From the sequence record SRR31156797_2820: DNA of 36,652 bases; one strand, given 5' to 3'. The notes under the pieces were generated by a model. The model ran no database searches, had not been told where the DNA came from, and saw nothing but the letters and a program-made list of their open reading frames with translations. Both the position numbers and the translations under genes were made by a program. Below are positions 31,201 through 36,652 of this stretch, piece after piece. How positions within the stretch are numbered: the first letter of the stretch is position 1; every line of letters starts with the position of its first letter.

Positions 31201-31824
31201 CTGTTCAGATATGTAAGCTCCAGAAAGAATGAAGAACGCGGAGAAAGACCTTTGGCAAGAGTTGCTCCCTACCAACAGAGTACTTACTATCAGAAAGGTG
31301 CTTTAGCAATGAATGCACTTGGCAACTATTTGGGCGAAGACAAGTTTATGAATGTATTGAGTGGTTTTTTAAAAGATTACGCATTTAAGGGAGCTCCTTA
31401 CCCTACAAGTCAAGATCTGATTGACCGAATAAAATCGGAAACACCCGACAGTTTGCAATACTTTGTGGAAGATGTTCTGGAAAAAATCACCCTTTACAAA
31501 ACCAATATCGACTCGCTTAGTTACACACGAAACAAGGATTTTACCTATACCGTTGATGCTATTATCGACATAGAAAAATACTATGTGAACGAAAAGGGTG
31601 AGGAAAGCATAACAGATTGCAACGATTATATTGGTGTAGGTGCATTTAACTCTAAAAACAAAGAGCTTTACAACCAAAAAATAAAATTAAAATCAGGTAA
31701 AAATAAAATACAATTTAGAGTAAAACGAAAACCAAATACGCTCCTGGTCGATCCGGATTACATGATTGTAACCAAAGATTGGATGCGCGAGCCATCAGAA
31801 ATAGATAAAAAGAAAAAAGTATAA
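28201..31824 (+). CDS. ABC-2-type permease fused to an M1-family metallopeptidase domain
   Basis: Duplicated multi-TM permease (about aa 1-590), followed by a soluble domain with HEMAHQWW...ESITQY and YYQKG. Confidence 0.88.
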   Translation: MFYEIFRFEIKRALSRPAVYIYWAILFLIAFAIVNAAGGAIDGINIQFAGDNVYINAPGVVDIFLGTFSYLGIFLVAAICASVVLKDYQYNTLELMYSTPLQKGNYLFGRFTAAYVLSIFAFTGAGIGFYIGSLMPYLNQSYMGPNEWATYIHPYLTRILPNVFFVSAIFFSLSILLRNAVVNWISILALYILYGVAMSLFRDLESQTLASLLDPFGIAASLKVTTGNSASDMNETGATLQNVFLYNRMLWVGLGVLLIAFTYFRFRLVYNLRHFQLLKKKNTEAESQTNDEHIITKLPEVSQVQNTLQSLWQLTRFETRKLFGSAYFWLISLIVVIFLFVASKGIGKIYDTNTYPVTYQVLQIFGGSIQLFIFIIVLLFSGEMIWRDRDKKVHEIFQTYPLPRWISLASKFIALISGIAFIKLLLIICGVIVQSMAGYYKYELSLYFISEFGINFVDTFLLMALAFLVHIVVNNKYLGYVLIVLYWVLDQYFASLILKHPLLIYGSGPHVSYSDMNGYGFELLPYWIFKFYWLLIAGVLIVFANQLLVSQTENDWRTRFELMKQRFTGNASKGILALGIATLLMGSYIFYNTNIKGDFQTPYQRELETVRYEKEYKKYENIQQPKITDVLLQADLYPESGDFYANGTFTMQNLSSSPIDLIYINSNKFIQSLELDQKAELITSDEELHIKIYQLSQALQPNERLKLDFSFEGMNDGFTLKGANNICQKNGTFLYNSLFPSIGYKADGELTDKRTREKHNLPEREIVRSIDDSKGIQQHFISNDSHFINFEAVVSTSADQTALTPGKLLKSWQEEGRNYFHYKSEHPMINYYAILSGKYEVKTDQWKDENGKLVDLSIYYHKGHEYNLDNMMNGIKISLGTYTQCYSPYQFDQLRIVEFPRYSSYAQSFPNMIPFSEGIGFIADLRELNKEDVSNDQKIMDYPFFVTAHEMAHQWWAHQVAAADVEGSQMLMESITQYSALQCMKTYFDKERMNKFFKNELFRYVSSRKNEERGERPLARVAPYQQSTYYQKGALAMNALGNYLGEDKFMNVLSGFLKDYAFKGAPYPTSQDLIDRIKSETPDSLQYFVEDVLEKITLYKTNIDSLSYTRNKDFTYTVDAIIDIEKYYVNEKGEESITDCNDYIGVGAFNSKNKELYNQKIKLKSGKNKIQFRVKRKPNTLLVDPDYMIVTKDWMREPSEIDKKKKV

Positions 31825-31835
31825 ATAACAATTGG

Positions 31836-31873
31836 TGAGGACTTCCATTAAAAAGGGAGTCCTCATTTTCTTT
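31836..31873 (+). terminator. Rho-independent terminator
   Basis: TGAGGACTTCC...GGGAGTCCTCA followed by TTTTCTTT. Confidence 0.8.
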
Positions 31874-32006
31874 CAGCTCAATTTTCCTGAAACAATCTTA
31901 GCCTTCCTCCCAAAGAAATCTAAACCAATATCACTACTATTGTATTGGAACGATTTATTCTGTACAATCACCCCATACAAATTTCAATCTTTATCACCCA
32001 TTAATT

Positions 32007-32072
32007 TGACTCCTTCGGAGTCAGATGCTTATAGCTGATATTATCTATAAACAGACGACCCTAAATGGGTCG
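32007..32072. repeat. Inverted doublet of REP-like hairpins
   Basis: TGACTCC-TTC-GGAGTCA-GATGCTTATAG ... CTATAAACAGA-CGACCC-TAAAT-GGGTCG: two hairpin-plus-tail units facing each other. Confidence 0.5.
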
Positions 32073-32160
32073 AATCTATTCTATTATTGATCAGCATGTA
32101 AAAATTATGTATTTTCGATTCCCCGGTACAATGAACTGTTGATTTGGAAGAGAGTGTAAA

Positions 32161-32733
32161 ATGAAACAACTGATACAAGACATAAAAAAATGCAGAATTT
32201 GCGAATCGAGTTTGCCTCTAGATCCCAAACCCATTTTTACTGCTCATTCTAAAAGTAAAATTGTAATCATAGGTCAGGCACCAGGATTGGCTGCCCACAA
32301 CACCGGAATTCCCTGGGATGATAAGAGTGGTGAAAATTTAAAGAAATGGATGGGAATTGATGATGCCACCTTCTACGACCCTGAAAAGATTGCTTTAATT
32401 CCCATGGGCTTTTGTTATCCCGGAAGGGGAAAGTCGGGAGATATTCCACCACGAAAAGAGTGTGCCCCACAATGGCACAAGCTACTTTTAAATCAACTAA
32501 ACAAAGTGGAATTGATCGTATTAATAGGAAAGCATGCGCAAGATTATTACCTAAGAGAACAAGTAAAAAAGAACCTGACCATAAGGGTTGAAAATTACAA
32601 AAGCTATTTGCCCAAATACTTTGTTCTGCCCCACCCATCGCCACGAAATAACATTTGGATGGCAAAAAATGAATGGTTTATAAAGGAAGTGATTCCTGCA
32701 TTACAATTAAAAATACAAGACATACTTAAATAA
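32161..32733 (+). CDS. Uracil-DNA glycosylase superfamily protein
   Basis: CRIC, IIGQAPG, PWDDKSG, FCYPG and LPHPSPRN motifs. Confidence 0.9.
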   Translation: MKQLIQDIKKCRICESSLPLDPKPIFTAHSKSKIVIIGQAPGLAAHNTGIPWDDKSGENLKKWMGIDDATFYDPEKIALIPMGFCYPGRGKSGDIPPRKECAPQWHKLLLNQLNKVELIVLIGKHAQDYYLREQVKKNLTIRVENYKSYLPKYFVLPHPSPRNNIWMAKNEWFIKEVIPALQLKIQDILK

Positions 32734-32751
32734 CAAACTCAAATCCATAAA

Positions 32752-33549
32752 ATGAAATTGAAAACAAAACTTCTTCTTCTGGCACTTCTCCTAAATGCCT
32801 CGGTACATGCTCAATCGAAATCAGATGGCAATAAAATTGTAAAAGTTCTTAGTTTTAACATACTGCATGGGGCTACTACAAAAGGAGATTTTAATTTAGA
32901 TGTAATTGCAAAGGTGATAAAAGATGCAGATGCCGATTTTGTAGCCATGCAAGAGGTAGATTTTAAAACCCAAAGAGCTAAAAAATATGACTTAACTACA
33001 GAACTGGCCTACCGAACAAAAATGATTCCTCTGTTTGCCAGAGCCATGCATTACGATGGTGGCGAATATGGGGAAGGAATACTATCGAAACACACATTTT
33101 TAAGCACGCGAAATCTTGCTCTACCCTATTCGCCAGGCAATGAACCTCGTTCTGCCTTGGAAATTGTTTGTACCCTTGATTCCAATGATACCATTGCATT
33201 TATAGGTACTCACCTCGATCATTTAGATGATGAAACCGATCGCCTTTCTCAAGCAAAAAAAATAAATGAACGATTCAAAGCCAATGCCTATCCAACTATT
33301 TTGGCAGGAGATTTAAATGCCGTTCCCGGAAGTGCCACCATAAACACTTTGGAGGAAATGTGGACGGCGAGTTACGATAAGGAACATGTGGAATTCACTT
33401 ATCCATCGGGCACACCTAATCAGAAAATCGACTATGTACTATTTTATCCGAAGAACAGATGGAAAGTATTGAAAACTCAGGTGATTAATGATACCATAGC
33501 CTCTGATCATTGTGCTTATTTGGTAACGCTTGAACTTCTCGATGAGTAA
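32752..33549 (+). CDS. Secreted endonuclease/exonuclease/phosphatase (EEP) family protein
   Basis: Signal peptide; SFNI, MQEVD, THLD, LAGDLN, IDY and SDH motifs. Confidence 0.92.
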   Translation: MKLKTKLLLLALLLNASVHAQSKSDGNKIVKVLSFNILHGATTKGDFNLDVIAKVIKDADADFVAMQEVDFKTQRAKKYDLTTELAYRTKMIPLFARAMHYDGGEYGEGILSKHTFLSTRNLALPYSPGNEPRSALEIVCTLDSNDTIAFIGTHLDHLDDETDRLSQAKKINERFKANAYPTILAGDLNAVPGSATINTLEEMWTASYDKEHVEFTYPSGTPNQKIDYVLFYPKNRWKVLKTQVINDTIASDHCAYLVTLELLDE

Positions 33550-33818
33550 GTTACTATTGTAGGGAATAAATCGGGAAAAGGAATTGTTAAAACTACTCAA
33601 TACTACTACTGATTATGCTGATGAAGCAGTTATTGCCATAAAGAAATTGTTAAAGCAAAATTACGAGTAGATTATAGGTTTAGAATTGCATAGCAAGTTC
33701 TCATTTGTTAGCTTTACAAAACAATGGCTCCATTGTCTTTCGCGGCATGTGTAAAATAGTTTACAGACATTTGACACACATGCATTAAAAGATCAACAGA
33801 GCACATTGTTACTTAGTG

Positions 33819-33858
33819 ATAGTGAATCTTTGGGATTACATGCCCATGGGTTCACTAT
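33819..33858 (-). terminator. Hairpin overlapping the stop codon of the 241-aa gene
   Basis: ATAGTGAATC-TTTGGG...CCCATG-GGTTCACTAT imperfect inverted repeat. No clear U tract. Confidence 0.4.
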
Positions 33859-34580
33859 TCATTTTCAACAACTTCACTTTCAACTTCTGCTTCAGGTTCA
33901 CCCTTCAGGTATCGGTATTCGAAACCATAAGTTCGCATTATTCTACGTTGATTCGATTCTGTTTCCTTTCTTAAGGCAAATTGCAAATGATCCGCAATAT
34001 CCTTTATTAATATATCAACCGGAATACGCATACTACTCACTTCCTTCTGAAAGATATTATAGCTACGATCTGCAGGAGCAATGTCATCCCTCTCCTTCTG
34101 TGCTACTAATAACTTCCCTTCCACTTCAGCAGCGCTAGGATTTTCCATGGCAGGATAAGAATTGGCAACCAGACTAGCATCACCCTTTACAATATGAGTT
34201 GCAGCAGCCAAAATCTCCTTCTCATTGTTTAGATTCGGAATATCACCCGATAATGGTAAACCCAGTTTGGTAAACACTTCAGCAGGCTGATCTAATCGAA
34301 TGGCTCTACGTTTTGCTACAACCCAAAAATCGCGGACGTAAACATGCAAAATGTCTACACTTTGATTCTTTTCGCGAACTTCCTTTTCTTTATCCGATAA
34401 ACTGGTTTTAAGTTTTTCAAATAAAAGGTTAAATTCAGGCTTCAATCGTAATAACTCACTAACTACCAACTCTGGCAGATAAATAACACCAAGCTCTTTG
34501 TCTTTTTCTGTGGTGTTTGAGCACTGATTTAAAAAATCATTTCTTTTCAAATCAGATTTAGGATATTCCAAGTATGGCAT
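33855..34580 (-). CDS. Hypothetical alpha-helical protein
   Basis: 241-aa ORF with heptad-like helices. MPY..P..D start, NPS motif and YG..Y.Y..GE end recall, from memory, an uncharacterised Bacteroidota family. Confidence 0.75.
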   Translation of the reverse strand: MPYLEYPKSDLKRNDFLNQCSNTTEKDKELGVIYLPELVVSELLRLKPEFNLLFEKLKTSLSDKEKEVREKNQSVDILHVYVRDFWVVAKRRAIRLDQPAEVFTKLGLPLSGDIPNLNNEKEILAAATHIVKGDASLVANSYPAMENPSAAEVEGKLLVAQKERDDIAPADRSYNIFQKEVSSMRIPVDILIKDIADHLQFALRKETESNQRRIMRTYGFEYRYLKGEPEAEVESEVVENE

Positions 34581-34740
34581 ATCTTTAATTTTATTGGTTA
34601 AACAATTGGAGTAAATTCTATACTCCCTTACTATTTCACACTTAAATGATGTATGTTAACATCGAAAATTTCACTTTACAAGTTTCAGAAATACAATTGG
34701 CTATAAAAAGTGCTTATTCCTGGTGTAGAAAATCAACTAT

Positions 34741-34978
34741 CAGAAAACTGGGAAGACATTTTCGGTGCCGGAAACTCATCACCAGAAAACTGGAGAGGCA
34801 TTTTCGGGACCGGAAACCCACCATCAGAAAACTGGGAAGGCATTTTCGGGACCGGAAATACATCACCAGAAAACTGGGAGGCCATTTTCAGTGCCGGAAA
34901 CACTTCGCAGGAAAATACGAAAGGTATTTTCGGTGTCGGAAACACATCGCGGGAAAATTCAAAGAGTACCTTTAGAGC
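34741..34978. repeat. 42-bp tandem repeat array, 5 full units plus a degenerate partial
   Basis: Units start at 34741, 34783, 34825, 34867, 34909 and 34951. Consensus CAGAAAACTGGGAAGGCATTTTCGGTGCCGGAAACACATCAC. Confidence 0.95.
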
Positions 34979-35495
34979 TTTATTGGCAGGGCTTACAGTC
35001 GTTTTCTGTATATAATTCCTAAAAAAAGCTTTATCAAATTGTAAAGCTACATTTGCTTTTAGCGAAAAAGAATACGCCTTTGAAAAAATTTTGTTGATCA
35101 ACTTGAATTAATGCCAGCTGATTCACAGTACAAATTAAAGTGTAGTTTCATATTTGTTGATATTGATGATTAGTCCTATCCCCTCTTTTCAACAAATGAT
35201 TTCTTCGAAATCTAGATTTAAGTTAAGAAATGCTTTTAATTCTACAAAACACTTTTCTTATTTTTTTGTTCATATCATGCTCTACCTCTTGAAAATACAG
35301 GCATAGTTTTACAATTTTTTTTATGATTTCTTTTTTCGATAAGCAGTAATAATTAAAAATTTACATTATTTATATCTAAAACGCAGAAGAATCTTATTTT
35401 AAGGTGATTTGTAATTTTAATTAAGGATAACAAGCAATTATTTTGTTTACTGATTTAGCTTTTGTAATTTCATGAACATTATTCCTGTAAAGTAA

Positions 35496-36626
35496 ATGGG
35501 CACACAAATAAAACTATCATCGGATCATCATAAAGGCAAGAAAGTTGTTTTGTTGCAGTTTGAGTACAATTCTCAAATTGTAAACTTATTAAAGCAGCAT
35601 TTTCCTGTCCGTTGGAGCCAAACAAAAAAATGCTGGTGGATTGCCAGACGGGAGTTTGATTTTAAGAGATTTAAGGAAGTCTTCTCTCCTATTTGTGACA
35701 TTCAATTTAGTAAGAAACAAAATAAAGAAGAAATTAAAATTCAAAAACAAACACTCCCTGAAAATTATCTTGAAAAGTTAATTCGAGTTAGATATAGTGA
35801 AAGTACGATAAAAACATACACTTCGTATTTTAACGATTTTCAATCTGCTTTTTCGGAGAGTAATATTGATGAACTAGGCCCTAATGATATTAACAAATAT
35901 ATTCTTACTCTAATAAATAGAAATAAGATTTCGGTAAGTCAACAAAATCAACGAATAAATGCTATAAAATTTTATTACGAGAAAGTGTTAGGTAAAACAA
36001 AGCAATTTTATGAAATTGATAGACCTAAAAAAGGTCGGGTTTTACCAAAAGTTATTTCAGAAGAAGAGGTTCTTGGTATGCTAAAAGTAACTACAAACCT
36101 TAAGCATAAAGCCATATTAGCAACTATATATTCAGCAGGTTTACGAAGAGGTGAACTTATCAGGTTAAGAAAAATAGATGTCTGGTTTGATAAAAAATTG
36201 ATTTTTATAAAAGCTGGAAAAGGAAAAAAAGATAGAACCACAATATTATCTGATTCACTAATATTGGTATTAGATAAATATTTAAAGAAATTTAAACCGA
36301 ATTATTATTTGTTTGAAGGTAAAAATAGAACAAAATACAATCCATCTACCATTGTTAAGATTGTTGCTAAAGCCGGAGAGATAGCAAAAGTAACTCAACA
36401 TGTTACTCCTCATATGTTGAGACATTCATTTGCTACACATTTATTAGAACAAGGAACAGATTTGCGTTACATACAAACTATATTAGGACATGATTCAAGT
36501 AAAACAACAGAGATTTACACCCACGTGAGTAAAAAATCTCTTGCAAAAATAAAAAGTCCATTAGACGTAATCTTAACGGACAACACGAAGAATAACAACA
36601 ACTTACTAAAACCAACGGATAAGTGA
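35496..36626 (+). CDS. Tyrosine recombinase/integrase, integron-integrase-like but without the IntI insertion
   Basis: SAM-like YSESTIKTY and SQQNQRINAIKFYY; LPKV; YSAGLRRGE (R); GKGKKDR (K); HMLRHSFATHLLE (HxxR); LGH; TTEIYTHV (Y). Confidence 0.93.
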   Translation: MGTQIKLSSDHHKGKKVVLLQFEYNSQIVNLLKQHFPVRWSQTKKCWWIARREFDFKRFKEVFSPICDIQFSKKQNKEEIKIQKQTLPENYLEKLIRVRYSESTIKTYTSYFNDFQSAFSESNIDELGPNDINKYILTLINRNKISVSQQNQRINAIKFYYEKVLGKTKQFYEIDRPKKGRVLPKVISEEEVLGMLKVTTNLKHKAILATIYSAGLRRGELIRLRKIDVWFDKKLIFIKAGKGKKDRTTILSDSLILVLDKYLKKFKPNYYLFEGKNRTKYNPSTIVKIVAKAGEIAKVTQHVTPHMLRHSFATHLLEQGTDLRYIQTILGHDSSKTTEIYTHVSKKSLAKIKSPLDVILTDNTKNNNNLLKPTDK

Positions 36627-36652
36627 TATAAGTTGCATTGCAACATACACAA

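Noticed and set aside
1-33549. GC shift between the left and middle parts as evidence of an island
   Set aside because: The impression was not consistent on spot checks and needs a computed GC/codon profile.
34741-34978. CRISPR array
   Set aside because: Units are contiguous 42-bp repeats with no unique spacers, and there are no cas genes in the window.
34646-35101. Four overlapping ORFs across the repeat array as genes
   Set aside because: They are open because the 42-bp unit is a multiple of 3 and lacks stops in those frames. No frame stands out, so none is called, though one could be translated.
1761-36241. Short antisense or nested ORFs in the track (e.g. 1761-1967, 9218-9502, 16656-16985, 32267-32665, 33806-34138, 36008-36241)
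   Set aside because: They overlap well-supported genes and have no recognisable motifs; treated as shadow ORFs.
35496-36626. Canonical intI or xerC/xerD assignment
   Set aside because: It lacks the IntI insertion, no attC site was recognised in the window, and the N-terminal extension is not XerC/D-like.

Overview
AT-rich bacterial chromosomal segment that looks Bacteroidota-like: TAnnTTTG-type -7 promoter elements, signal peptides ending in AQ/GQ, and GLPGLI-, DUF6268- and DUF2141-like proteins. All family calls come from motif recognition, not database searches. In order, it contains: the 5' end of hemA; an SDR/epimerase; a small ABM-like protein; a PHP phosphatase fused to two ACT domains; a minus-strand MFP-RND-DUF2141-TolC-beta-barrel operon divergent from a LytS/LytTR pair; a MarR/GbsR-type regulator with three copies of a palindromic operator ahead of an HAE1 RND pump; a serine hydrolase-TPR protein; pepF; an OmpR-type two-component system divergent from a GLPGLI / ABC ATPase / ABC permease-M1 peptidase operon; a UDG-family gene and an EEP-family gene. 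The right end is the least explained part: an uncharacterised helical protein, a GC-richer 42-bp tandem repeat array upstream of it, and an integron-integrase-like tyrosine recombinase that lacks the IntI insertion and is followed by a palindrome at the window edge. A second notable observation is that the DUF2141-like gene carries a copy of the neighbouring TolC N-terminus.
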